A stretch of 64,000 nucleotides of DNA from Candidatus Uhrbacteria bacterium (GCA_016188475.1 JACPHT010000006.1:68313-132312), one strand, 5' to 3'; positions 27,566 to 36,938 are shown, numbered from the stretch's first letter. Translations and numbers: made by a program. Notes: generated from the sequence alone by a model not told the origin.

Positions 27566-28507
27566 ATGAAGATCGTTTTTTTTGGCACACCATCCTTTGC
27601 GATTCCATTTTTAAAAGCTCTCATAAGCGAGAATGGTTTTGAGGTTATTGGTGTTGTCACTCAACCAGACAAACCTTCAGGACGCGGCAAGAAAATCCTT
27701 TCGTCTGAAGTTAAACAATTCGCCGTACAAAAAGGAATAGCTGTATTTCAATTTGCAAGTTTAAAAAAACCCGAAGCAGTTGAGGCACTTTCTTCATTGT
27801 GCGCTGACGTGTTTGTTGTTGTAGCTTACGGAAAAATTATTCCAAATCAAATTTTAAACATACCTCCTAAAGGTGTCGTTAACGTCCACCCTTCGATGTT
27901 GCCGAAATATAGAGGCCCTTCCCCGATGCAATGGGCAATTTTGAATGGGGATAAAAAAACTGGAATTTCAATAATGTTGTTAGATGAAGGAATGGATACC
28001 GGTCCGATACTCAAACAAACATCAATTGATTTATCCGAAAACGAGACAACAAAATCACTGGAAACAAAAATACACTCTGTTGGACCAAAATTTTTGTGTG
28101 AAGTTTTGAAATCGTACGAAAAAGGAAATTGTGCTCCATTCAAACAAAAAAAAGATGGCGCAAGCGGAACTCGACTTTTAACAAAAGAAGACGGACAAAT
28201 AAATTGGGACACTGACGCAAAAAGCATTGAAAGAATAATTCGAGCTTATACCGAATGGCCAACAGCTTGGTCAAAAATTAAGATAAATAACAAAACAACA
28301 AGACTAAAAATTTTGCAAGCAAAAGTCGTTCAAAAGAATTTTAATAAACCAAACGGAACATTGATCGAAGATGGAGGAAAACTTTTTATCGCTGTCAATT
28401 CAGAAGCTTTAGAACTCATGACTCTTCAGCCTGAAGGGAAATCACAGATGCCGGTGCAGGCATTTCTTGCTGGACGGAAAGATTGGATTGGTAAGATTTT
28501 TGAGTAG
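27566..28507 (+). CDS. fmt: methionyl-tRNA formyltransferase
   Basis: N-terminal formyltransferase domain (NVHPSMLPKYRGPSPMQWAILNGD) plus C-terminal domain; follows def. Confidence 0.9.
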   Translation: MKIVFFGTPSFAIPFLKALISENGFEVIGVVTQPDKPSGRGKKILSSEVKQFAVQKGIAVFQFASLKKPEAVEALSSLCADVFVVVAYGKIIPNQILNIPPKGVVNVHPSMLPKYRGPSPMQWAILNGDKKTGISIMLLDEGMDTGPILKQTSIDLSENETTKSLETKIHSVGPKFLCEVLKSYEKGNCAPFKQKKDGASGTRLLTKEDGQINWDTDAKSIERIIRAYTEWPTAWSKIKINNKTTRLKILQAKVVQKNFNKPNGTLIEDGGKLFIAVNSEALELMTLQPEGKSQMPVQAFLAGRKDWIGKIFE

Positions 28508-29966
28508 CTAAAGATTCAAATTCTTTTGGAACAAAGATCATCGTAAAAAGAATGAACCCCAAACCGATTGGATGATTTAGATACGGAGAAAATATGTGGG
28601 TTGCAAAGAGAAATACAAGACCACAAATCAGCCCAATTGAGATCCAAGAGTGTTCAGATTTCAAAAGCGTCATAAGGCGCTTGTTTATATATAAGAACAA
28701 AAACAAAAATCCAATAGGACCAAGTACTCCCATTTTCAACCACAACTCCAACCAGCCCCATTCCATAGCGTAAGTTGACCATTTTCCATCTACTTGAATT
28801 TCTCTTGCTCTTGGATCGTCAGTCTCAAAAGTTACCTCTTTGCCAAAACCATTTCCTATTATTGGATTTGATGAAATAGTTTGTATCATTGGGTCAACCA
28901 GTTTCCAACGACTTGAAATTGCCACGTCATCATTTTGTGTAAAACGTTTTACAAATAAATCAGATAAATCATGCCCTCCTACGCGTTGAGTTGGAAATGG
29001 AAATAAGACAATGATTGCAATAAAAAATAATGATAAAATTACGGAACTCAAAAAACAAATCAAACACAATTTCAATTTTATAACTTTCTTATTATCTCGA
29101 TGCAAGATAGTTACAAGAACAATAAGCGCAAAAATTATTCCTATCCAAAAACTTCTAGACAAACTTAAAATAAGAGTCGCAAACACCGCACTTAATAAAA
29201 CAACAGCTTGAACAGTTTCTCGTTTAGACTTTATGGAAGAAATCAACGCAAGAATGAATGTTCCAAAAACCAATGAAAAAAATTGAGTTTGAATAAAAAC
29301 ACGATAAATAGATGACCCGAGATTTGTAATTTCGGCTAATCGCACATCTCTTAAAAAAATGTAAGCCGTTTTAATTAACGTCTCTGAAACGTGTGTAAAA
29401 AAATAAAGAATAAAAAATGACAATAAGATATTCCACACTGCTCCGGCCGCGAAAACTTGAAGAAATTGCCCTTTTGATTTTTGGTTCCAATTGATTGAAA
29501 AAATTGGAAATGCGTAAAGCAAATAAAAATACGCGTTCCCGTCCTTAAAAACATTTAGCGCTTCATTCGAAATAAAACCTTTAACGAATCCGATTGATAT
29601 TGCAATCGCTAAAATCAAAAATGCAAAAATATCTTTCGATCTAACCAATGGTTTTCGTTTTGTTTTGATCAAATAAATTAAATAACCAATAAAAAAACCA
29701 ACAAAAACAGACATCCTTAGAGAAACGTTAAATGAAAATATTTCTGTTGATATTAGTTGCCCATGAGGGCCTGAAAAAAGTTCCAAAAAAACACCAAGAA
29801 GACCAAAAACTGGATTATATGCTGTAAAAAAAATCATGATCAAAACAATGAGAACCAAAAAGATGTCTGATCCTCCAACGAAATACGAAAGTAATGAAGT
29901 CAAAAACAAAACAAACAAAACGCAAAGCGACAAATAGAAAGTTTTGCCAAAGAATTGATCAATCAT
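28416..29966 (-). CDS. O-antigen ligase/polymerase (WaaL/Wzy_C)-like polytopic membrane protein
   Basis: About 12 TM helices; LSLSRSFWIGI and the periplasmic loop ...YAMEWGWLELWLKMGVLG resemble the Wzy_C/WaaL signature. Its 3' end overlaps fmt convergently by 92 bp. Confidence 0.55.
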   Translation of the reverse strand: MIDQFFGKTFYLSLCVLFVLFLTSLLSYFVGGSDIFLVLIVLIMIFFTAYNPVFGLLGVFLELFSGPHGQLISTEIFSFNVSLRMSVFVGFFIGYLIYLIKTKRKPLVRSKDIFAFLILAIAISIGFVKGFISNEALNVFKDGNAYFYLLYAFPIFSINWNQKSKGQFLQVFAAGAVWNILLSFFILYFFTHVSETLIKTAYIFLRDVRLAEITNLGSSIYRVFIQTQFFSLVFGTFILALISSIKSKRETVQAVVLLSAVFATLILSLSRSFWIGIIFALIVLVTILHRDNKKVIKLKLCLICFLSSVILSLFFIAIIVLFPFPTQRVGGHDLSDLFVKRFTQNDDVAISSRWKLVDPMIQTISSNPIIGNGFGKEVTFETDDPRAREIQVDGKWSTYAMEWGWLELWLKMGVLGPIGFLFLFLYINKRLMTLLKSEHSWISIGLICGLVFLFATHIFSPYLNHPIGLGFILFTMIFVPKEFESLATQKSYQSNLSVQQEMPAPASVISLQAEES

Positions 29967-29976
29967 ACAATTCAGT

Positions 29977-30057
29977 TAAATCAGTTGTCGTGCTATGTCT
30001 CCGGGCCAGCGGACTCTTCGCCGCTGTTCTCTACGACATAGCACGACAACTGATTTA
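29977..30057. repeat. structured hairpin element S (copy 2): perfect 22-bp stem, ~36-nt loop
   Basis: taaatcagttgtcgtgctatgtc...gacatagcacgacaactgattta. Shares loop and stem positions with copy 1 apart from compensatory changes. Confidence 0.6.
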
Positions 30058-30072
30058 GAAATCTTATTAGTA

Positions 30073-30918
30073 TCACATTGGTTTTAATAATGAAGCAATC
30101 ACACTGAATATCCAAAAAACTGGCTCTAGCAAAGTAAAGATTGAACCTATTACAATTCCAAAATGTTTACGCACGTACCTTCTAACGCTTCTGCGAAACA
30201 TGTTTTGTTTTTTTAGAGTTCCAACTCGATCAAAACTGCTTCCCTTTTTATGCTTTGCTTCAATATTTGCAAAATAGTGAACACGAAATCCAGAATTTTT
30301 CGCGCGTTTGCAATAATCAACTTCTTCGTACCACATAAAAAAATCATCATCCAGAAGGCCAATTCGATTGATCAAGGATCTTTTTATGCAAAAAAACGCA
30401 CCCATTACCTGATCAACATCAGCATCTCTTGAATAATCAAAATCATCCATTCGCCAGTTTGAAACTACTCGAACCGATGGAATTAAATGGTGAACTTTAA
30501 ACAAAAGAGCCAGTTGATTAGTTGGTGTTGGAAAACGCCACACGCATTTTTGTTGTGTCCCGTCAAAATTTTTCAGTGAAACACCACCGATGCCGATATC
30601 GGTTTCTTTGTCCATGGCATCTCTTAATTTATAAATTGAATCTTGAGTAAAAATAATGTCAGGATTTATTAAGACGATATAATCACCGTGCGCAGATTTA
30701 ATTCCTAAATTACATCCGCCGGCAAAACCAAGATTCACATTACTATAAATTATTCGAACACATGGAAAACGCATTGCGATTTTTGAGAGATCATCCCCGG
30801 AATTGTTTTCAACAACAATTACTTCAATATCATCTTTTGTGTGATTTGCAAAAAGACTTTCGAGCATGCGTTCGAGATAATCTGCTGTTTTATAATTGAC
30901 GGTAATTGTCGAGATCAT
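30073..30918 (-). CDS. family 2 glycosyltransferase
   Basis: ISTITVNYKTADYL...IEVIVVENNSGDD...INPDI; GT-A DxD-type architecture. Confidence 0.8.
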   Translation of the reverse strand: MISTITVNYKTADYLERMLESLFANHTKDDIEVIVVENNSGDDLSKIAMRFPCVRIIYSNVNLGFAGGCNLGIKSAHGDYIVLINPDIIFTQDSIYKLRDAMDKETDIGIGGVSLKNFDGTQQKCVWRFPTPTNQLALLFKVHHLIPSVRVVSNWRMDDFDYSRDADVDQVMGAFFCIKRSLINRIGLLDDDFFMWYEEVDYCKRAKNSGFRVHYFANIEAKHKKGSSFDRVGTLKKQNMFRRSVRRYVRKHFGIVIGSIFTLLEPVFWIFSVIASLLKPM

Positions 30919-30929
30919 AATTCAGACAT

Positions 30930-30961
30930 TTCACTTAACTACCGATCGGTAGTTAAGTGAA
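30930..30961. repeat. perfect 32-bp palindrome P (copy 2 of 3): ttcacttaactaccgatcggtagttaagtgaa
   Basis: Lies between two GT2 genes; the TAA stop of the upstream GT2 (30953-30955) sits inside the right arm. Confidence 0.7.
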
Positions 30962-31675
30962 ATTCTTAAATTTTAATCGATGTTTTATTTTAATCACTTT
31001 TTCTGCATTTTTAAAATCTCGTATCGTTTTTGGAGTCCATCCAATTGCGTACCACGGAATTCGATATAAAATAGATGGCGTCCATTTTGAAATATTTTTT
31101 CTTCCACTGACGTTTCTCACATAAAATAAAATCTCGTTAATCTCCATTCCAATTTTATTATTTTCAAGCATTGTCAACCACAAATCCCAATCTTGCAAAC
31201 GCTTAATTTTCGGATCAAATCCAGGGAAATCCTGTTTTCTTATGAGCGAGGTCGTATGTATGTAATTCGATTTACGAAGTTTGTCAGCGTCAAAGGTTTG
31301 AGCTGGAAATTTCTTATTATCCCAAAGAAATCCGCAATAAACATACGAAACGTCTTTGTGTGTTTCCAAAACAGAAAACATTTTTTCAAGCATGTTTGGT
31401 TTGAAGAAAATATCTGCATCAGAAAAAAGTAAAAAATTTCCAGTTGCTAGTTTAGCGCCGTTATTTCTTGCTGTCGGAGCACCTTGATTGTTTTGAAACA
31501 CGTATTTAATTTTATCACCAAAACGATCAATACGAATTTTTGTATCATCTGTTGATCCATCATCAACAACAATAATTTCTTTTGGAAGAAGTGTCTGCGA
31601 CAATAAAGAATCAATACAGTTTTCTATTGTCTTTGTATGTTGGAAGGTTGGAATGATCACCGAAATCTCATTCAT
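30953..31675 (-). CDS. family 2 glycosyltransferase
   Basis: ISVIIPTFQHTKTIENCIDSLLSQT...EIIVVDDGSTDDT. Start taken at the internal Met (MNEISVIIP) rather than the ORF-track start at 31711. Confidence 0.8.
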   Translation of the reverse strand: MNEISVIIPTFQHTKTIENCIDSLLSQTLLPKEIIVVDDGSTDDTKIRIDRFGDKIKYVFQNNQGAPTARNNGAKLATGNFLLFSDADIFFKPNMLEKMFSVLETHKDVSYVYCGFLWDNKKFPAQTFDADKLRKSNYIHTTSLIRKQDFPGFDPKIKRLQDWDLWLTMLENNKIGMEINEILFYVRNVSGRKNISKWTPSILYRIPWYAIGWTPKTIRDFKNAEKVIKIKHRLKFKNFT

Positions 31676-32769
31676 AAATACGGCTCGAGTTTTGCAAACT
31701 GTTGTGAACAAGTGAAATTTTGTTCAACATGTTCTTTTGCTTGTTTTCCTAATCTGATTCGCATTTCAGTTGAATTAGAAAGAACAGAAATTGCGCGACA
31801 CAAGTCTTCATGATCGTTTGGTTTAACTAAAAGTCCGGTTTGATTGTTAATTATAGCCTCGTTAATTCCGCTAATTTGAGTGCTGATTGACGGGACTTCA
31901 TAATTTGCGGCTTCTATAAACACAAATCCAAAACCTTCTTTGTCTTTTACATCATCGATAACCGGCATTAAAAATATGTCGGCGTTCATGTAAAAATTTA
32001 CTAATTGCTCATCGTTCACTAAACCATGAAATACAACCTCGTCCAAATGAAATTGTCCTGCGAGATCTTTGAGAGTTTGCAACATTGGCCCATCGCCAAC
32101 AATGTCATATTGAAAACTTGGGATTGATTTGGATTTTTTAAGTTCAGCAAGCGCCATCAAAACTTGTGTGTGACCCTTTCGTTTTACCAATCGACTGACA
32201 GTCAAGAATCTAAGCGTTATCACACTTAACTCCCGATCGGTAGTTAAGTGTGATTGGGTTTTTGTTACAGATTCCAAACATGGATACACAACGAGAGGTA
32301 AGGTTACGTCAAAAATTTCTGCGACTTCTTGCGCGAGTGATCGTGAATTTGCAACCACAACTCGCGCGTGCTTAAAAACAACTTTTGCAATTTGTTTTTT
32401 TATAAAGTTTGAACACGCGAGCCGAACATCCATTCCGTGAACAAAAATAACATACTGCTTTTTCGTAAACAAAGAAGAAAAAAATGCCGCTGTCCCAAAA
32501 GGAAGGACATGACTTAAAAGCGCGATATCATAAGATTGTCGAAATGTAAAAAACAATCTAACTGATTCAATCCACTTCGGCCAAAAAAATGGATTTAGAA
32601 GTTGCTGTTCAAGAACGGGAAACGGAGTTGTTTGCGCTGAATTTTTCACCGAAGAAATAACAAGAATGCGCGAAGAAAAATGTGTCGCCAGTTTTGATAA
32701 ATATCTAGCAACTCCTCCATTATTTGGTGGAAAATCCGGTGTTAGCAATAATAATCGATTTTCCCTCAT
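31672..32769 (-). CDS. family 4 (GT-B, GT1-superfamily) glycosyltransferase carrying an in-frame palindromic insertion
   Basis: LLLLTPDFPPNNGGVARY N-terminus and C-terminal ...SRLVKRKGHTQVL...GDGP...E(X7)E-type region. Residues SHLTTDRELSVI are encoded by palindrome P copy 3. Confidence 0.7.
   Translation of the reverse strand: MRENRLLLLTPDFPPNNGGVARYLSKLATHFSSRILVISSVKNSAQTTPFPVLEQQLLNPFFWPKWIESVRLFFTFRQSYDIALLSHVLPFGTAAFFSSLFTKKQYVIFVHGMDVRLACSNFIKKQIAKVVFKHARVVVANSRSLAQEVAEIFDVTLPLVVYPCLESVTKTQSHLTTDRELSVITLRFLTVSRLVKRKGHTQVLMALAELKKSKSIPSFQYDIVGDGPMLQTLKDLAGQFHLDEVVFHGLVNDEQLVNFYMNADIFLMPVIDDVKDKEGFGFVFIEAANYEVPSISTQISGINEAIINNQTGLLVKPNDHEDLCRAISVLSNSTEMRIRLGKQAKEHVEQNFTCSQQFAKLEPYL
32219..32254. 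repeat. 36-bp palindrome P (copy 3 of 3, one arm mismatch), inside the GT4 coding frame
   Basis: atcacacttaactcccgatcggtagttaagtgtgat. Length is a multiple of 3 and it is read through without a stop. Confidence 0.65.
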
Positions 32770-34193
32770 ATACTTGATCTAAGTGTTTTGAAATCATTAC
32801 GAGTTATCATTCCTGTAACAAACAAACAAGCAATGTACGCAATCACACAAATAGGAATCACAGCCAACCATCCGATTTGAGTTATAAGCAACTTCCCTAT
32901 CACGACCATAATAATTCCTGAACCAACAATTAAAATTGAATTTTTCAAAAGTGGCGCAAACTTGAATGACAAAATTACTTTTGGAACAAAGTAGAGTCCC
33001 ATCAAAAACATGAGTGAAAAACTAATCAACGCAGCATAAGCCGCTCCTTTAATTCCAAAATTTGGAATAAACAATACGTTCAAGATTATATTGAGCACCA
33101 TTGTTATTCCCATTATTGTTGTTTTTGTAGATTGTTTGTTCGCGGCATTTAATAATGAACCGATTGGAAAATCCAAAAAAATCGGAAATAAAACAAAAAT
33201 CAATACAGATAGAACCGGAGCTGATGCACTGTAAGAATCGCCTGCAAGCAAGACAACGTTTGGCGCGATCAACCAAAGTCCAAAAACAATCGGTGTTGAT
33301 AAAATCAACATGTACCACATTGATCTGTTAAACGTTTTGCTAAGGTTTTCATTATCAGAATCAATAAGTGAACTTAGGTTCGGGTACAAAGCGGCAATGA
33401 ATGCAAGAGGTAAAAATTGAAATGCGTATGTAAATTTATACGCCAGACCATAAAGACCAACTGAAGTGGCATCCATGAATTTTGAAATAAACACAGTGTC
33501 AACGTATGAATATACTTTTACAAAAATTGCCGCAAGAGCAAATGGCAAAGCGGCTTTAAGTAAAAATCTGATAAACTTCCAATCCAAAATTGGTAAAAAT
33601 AATTTAAAGCCAAATTTTCGAATTAAAACAGAACTTGATAGTACGACATTTGTGAGACTTCCGGCCATAAGAGCTAATACAAGAAGTTGCAAAGAAGGAT
33701 GGAGCCAAAGTATCAAAGCACCGACAATCGCCGTTATAAGTTGTCCTGAAAACATTCCAATCGACTCAATCGAGAGAATGTGATGACCTCGCAACACACC
33801 GTAAAAAAATAAATGAATCGAATCGAGAATCAAAACAAGTCCAGTGAATAAAACAAGTGACAAAATCTGAATTTCATATCCCATCAAAAAAGTTGAACCA
33901 ACAGCGAGAAAATAACCGATGAATAAAAGCGGAAATTTTACTGTCAGAGTTCTTCGAATAAGTTTATGAGTATCATCAGGGTGCTTTGCAATTTCACGAA
34001 TTATCACAGGCGTAATTCCAAAGTCTGCGATTACCGAAAAAATCATTGATATTGAAACCGCCAAAAAATATATTCCGGTTTGTTCCGGCATCATTATTCT
34101 TGCAAGGAAAAGAAAATAAACAAATGCGATGGCTTTTTGGCCAATTGAAGCGATCGTTAAAAACATGGTATTTTTGGCAAGACGACTCATCAT
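32766..34193 (-). CDS. oligosaccharide flippase (Wzx / polysaccharide biosynthesis protein, MOP superfamily)
   Basis: 475 aa with about 12-14 TM helices; N-terminal KNTMFLTIASIGQKAIAFVYFLFLAR is typical of Wzx-type flippases; sits in the glycosyltransferase cluster. Confidence 0.7.
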   Translation of the reverse strand: MMSRLAKNTMFLTIASIGQKAIAFVYFLFLARIMMPEQTGIYFLAVSISMIFSVIADFGITPVIIREIAKHPDDTHKLIRRTLTVKFPLLFIGYFLAVGSTFLMGYEIQILSLVLFTGLVLILDSIHLFFYGVLRGHHILSIESIGMFSGQLITAIVGALILWLHPSLQLLVLALMAGSLTNVVLSSSVLIRKFGFKLFLPILDWKFIRFLLKAALPFALAAIFVKVYSYVDTVFISKFMDATSVGLYGLAYKFTYAFQFLPLAFIAALYPNLSSLIDSDNENLSKTFNRSMWYMLILSTPIVFGLWLIAPNVVLLAGDSYSASAPVLSVLIFVLFPIFLDFPIGSLLNAANKQSTKTTIMGITMVLNIILNVLFIPNFGIKGAAYAALISFSLMFLMGLYFVPKVILSFKFAPLLKNSILIVGSGIIMVVIGKLLITQIGWLAVIPICVIAYIACLFVTGMITRNDFKTLRSSI

Positions 34194-34239
34194 ATGTTTG
34201 AAATCTTACGATAATTTACTGATTTTGGGAAGTTTTAAT

Positions 34240-34267
34240 AAAAAAACTCGGTGTGTTAATCACCGAG
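34240..34267 (-). terminator. rho-independent terminator of cassette gene A1 (hairpin ctcggtg/caccgag + T7 on the minus strand)
   Basis: The A1 stop codon lies in the hairpin loop; a 7-nt A-run on plus becomes a T-run on minus. Confidence 0.5.
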
Positions 34268-35080
34268 AAAAGTCAGAGAAGTGAGCCTTTCACGCCTGTC
34301 TTTAACAATCTCGCTTAGAGAACCTGACCCTATTTTGGTCTGGCCAATAGCGTCAAGTTTGTAACCAGAGAGACGCAACTGTTTAGACTGATTACCTTCA
34401 GCAAATTCCGCTCGCCAAAGGCTCTGAAGCACTGGTACGAAGTTATCTTGAACGATCTTTTCGACTTCTTCGTGATGAGTTTCAAGCCATTCGTCCTTTG
34501 CTGGAACATCTGGAATTGGAAGTAATGGTTGACCGATCTTCCACCACAGAAACTTCCAGTGGCCGAACAGATTTCCGGCACGTATTACTTCGTTCTCAAG
34601 AATGATGCGGTCTCGTTCGCGAACCAGATGAGCGATTGTGGACGCTTTCCACTCAACACTTGGAGTTCCATCTCGTAAAAACGCGAAACATATCTGAAGA
34701 GTGGTTTGCGTTGGAGGTCTTAAAGACGAAAGTTGAACGTGAGCGACTCGAAGCGCGTCCACAAGATCGTAGCGAACTCCTTCAACTTCGCGTTTCAGTT
34801 CACCTTTTTCTCGGCCGAGAAGTCGTTTGAGAAGTTGCTCGTCGTTTGGAGAAAAGACAACTCTCCATTTGTCTTGGTGTTCGAACATTCCGTCGTAACG
34901 AAGTAAAAGTTCTGTTCGAAATCCAACAACAGCTGGAATCAATCCGATGTGAACCAAATTCACTAAATCGATTCCATCAGGCAGATCATCAGTGAAGATA
35001 TTGAGTTCCCTGCTAACTAAGGGACCTTTTAGAGCGTCCACGAGTGATACGTGAACAGGAACAAACCTTCTTTCTTCCAT
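34256..35080 (-). CDS. hypothetical protein A1 of divergent two-gene cassette (no recognisable domain)
   Basis: Start preferred at ATG 35078-35080 (MEERRFVPVHV...), preceded by AAGGAGA. G/C-ending codon bias differs from neighbouring glycosyltransferase genes. Weak R-x6-H (RAGNLFGH) motif only. Confidence 0.5.
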   Translation of the reverse strand: MEERRFVPVHVSLVDALKGPLVSRELNIFTDDLPDGIDLVNLVHIGLIPAVVGFRTELLLRYDGMFEHQDKWRVVFSPNDEQLLKRLLGREKGELKREVEGVRYDLVDALRVAHVQLSSLRPPTQTTLQICFAFLRDGTPSVEWKASTIAHLVRERDRIILENEVIRAGNLFGHWKFLWWKIGQPLLPIPDVPAKDEWLETHHEEVEKIVQDNFVPVLQSLWRAEFAEGNQSKQLRLSGYKLDAIGQTKIGSGSLSEIVKDRRERLTSLTFLGD

Positions 35081-35212
35081 GGTTCTCCTTATTAAGCCTA
35101 AAGGTACGACCATAGAAGTTAAACATTGTTCGTATTGATTGTCAAAGCTGATCGTGCTAGTTTAATTCATGGTGAAAACGAACGTTCCTTTCAATTTATC
35201 GGAGGTGTGCTA

Positions 35213-36505
35213 ATGGAACTTACATCGATCCAAGATGCTGAAACGAAAATTTCGGAGCTTGTTGAGCATTCAAGTCGGCTTCAAGCTGAGTTGCGTGAAA
35301 TTCAAACAAGATCAAGATACGCTGACAGCGAGAAGGATGTCGGGTATTTTAATGAAGAGCGCATTCGTATTCGCAATAACATTGATACTACCCAGAGAGA
35401 GATACTTATCCTAGAACAATATATTCGTGAAGCCCGAGTTAGGACTCTGTCATCTCCTCCAAGAACTATAAAGTCAGCACGAGATGAAGTGGATACTCTT
35501 TTGGTCCAACTTCCTGAACTCCGATCGAGGATTGATTCAACTTCTGAAAGGGGTCTGTCATACACAAAGATGATTGCTCAGAGAAGATTTATCTCTGCTA
35601 GGCTCCATTTTCTTGGTGATTGGATCAAAGAACAAAGACAGCTCCCGAATAACACCGTCGTCAAAGTCGACGATACCATACCGAGTTGTTCAGGAGATGC
35701 GGCTAGAGAGATAAACACACTATCAGAAAAAATCGCCGATCTGATACGTGTATTTGAAGACTTCGATGTTTCTGGACTTTCAGAAGAACGCCTCTCACTT
35801 CTGCTTCAAATAAAGCAGAAAGAAGCGCGGATCGGATTTTTGAGAGAACTTTTGCCTCGGCTTTCCAGAAACCGTCTTCCTACGAACTTTGTTCCTCCAG
35901 ACAGTGTCGCTGAAGCCAGATCTGAATGTGAAAGACTGGCAAAAGAAGTGAACTCGATACAACACAGTCTGAAACGCCTGCCAAGACACGACAATTCTGG
36001 ACGACGTGCAGAACTGGCCAACATGAAATGTGGGGTCGATCAGCGCTTAAACCAACTGCATCGCTGGATCAGTGAACAGGATGAGATAACACGAGCTGGA
36101 ATAACGCGAGAGTATGGAGACATACTTAAGAAAAGCGCGACAGACGAACCAGAGTCAATACAAAACGCAACAACAGAGTTCAAGAGAATTGTCACCTTCC
36201 TTGGCGCACACAAGGAGTCAGAAGTTTCATGTGTGGAAACTTTCAATAAGCTCCGTCAGCGCAAGAACTTTCTTGCTCGATGGATTTCGGAACTACGACA
36301 CAAAGATGGAAATGAATTCGCTGGTATTGATCTTGAAACTCAAGAAGGAATCCTGTCCGCTGTTGACAGACTTTTATCTCTAATCTCACAGGATGATAAA
36401 ACGATAATATTCGATCATCCTGAAAGAGTGGCGGTCTGGAATGCTTTACGAAGCAGGATCGGTTTCAAACCCATGCATTGCAACGTCAGCAAGCTTACTA
36501 CTTAA
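35213..36505 (+). CDS. hypothetical protein A2 of divergent two-gene cassette (430 aa, all-helical, Arg/Glu-rich, internal repeats)
   Basis: GGAGG lies 7 nt upstream of ATG 35213. Four repeated helical blocks: RRFISARLHFLGDWIKEQ / RIGFLRELLPRL / QLHRWISEQDE / NFLARWISELR. No TM helix, no catalytic motif recognised. Confidence 0.5.
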   Translation: MELTSIQDAETKISELVEHSSRLQAELREIQTRSRYADSEKDVGYFNEERIRIRNNIDTTQREILILEQYIREARVRTLSSPPRTIKSARDEVDTLLVQLPELRSRIDSTSERGLSYTKMIAQRRFISARLHFLGDWIKEQRQLPNNTVVKVDDTIPSCSGDAAREINTLSEKIADLIRVFEDFDVSGLSEERLSLLLQIKQKEARIGFLRELLPRLSRNRLPTNFVPPDSVAEARSECERLAKEVNSIQHSLKRLPRHDNSGRRAELANMKCGVDQRLNQLHRWISEQDEITRAGITREYGDILKKSATDEPESIQNATTEFKRIVTFLGAHKESEVSCVETFNKLRQRKNFLARWISELRHKDGNEFAGIDLETQEGILSAVDRLLSLISQDDKTIIFDHPERVAVWNALRSRIGFKPMHCNVSKLTT

Positions 36506-36536
36506 AAACAGAGGTTTCCCCTCTGTCTTTTTTTAA
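36506..36536. terminator. bidirectional rho-independent terminator between cassette gene A2 and rpsI
   Basis: acagagg-tttcc-cctctgt hairpin flanked by an A-run (5') and a T-run (3'). Confidence 0.55.
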
Positions 36537-36937
36537 CGTTTTGACCATTGCGGTGATCGGCGAGCAGATTTTTTTCCGAACTTCTTTCGTTCACGGATGC
36601 GCGCGTCTCGGCTTAAGAAGCTTGATTTTTTTAATACTGCTCGAAATTCAGGATTAAAATCAACAAGTGCGCGAGCAATCCCTAATCGAATACTGTCTGC
36701 TTGTCCGTGAATTCCGCCGCCTACAACCTTCACCGAAACATCAAACATATTTTCTGTTCCAGTTTGTTTAAATGGTGAAAGCACGGATTGACGCAAGAGC
36801 GCAACAGGAAGATAAACTTCGAGTGTTCGTTTATTGATCAAAAATGCTCCTGTTCCACCGTTTACAAGCCGTACACGAGCGATCGCGGCTTTGCGTCGTC
36901 CAACTGCCTCAATATATTTTTTTGTAGATTCAGTCAT
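36533..36937 (-). CDS. rpsI: 30S ribosomal protein S9
   Basis: GGGIHGQADSIRLGIARAL...KKFGKKSARRSPQWSKR C-terminus. Confidence 0.92.
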   Translation of the reverse strand: MTESTKKYIEAVGRRKAAIARVRLVNGGTGAFLINKRTLEVYLPVALLRQSVLSPFKQTGTENMFDVSVKVVGGGIHGQADSIRLGIARALVDFNPEFRAVLKKSSFLSRDARIRERKKFGKKSARRSPQWSKR

Positions 36938-36938
36938 A

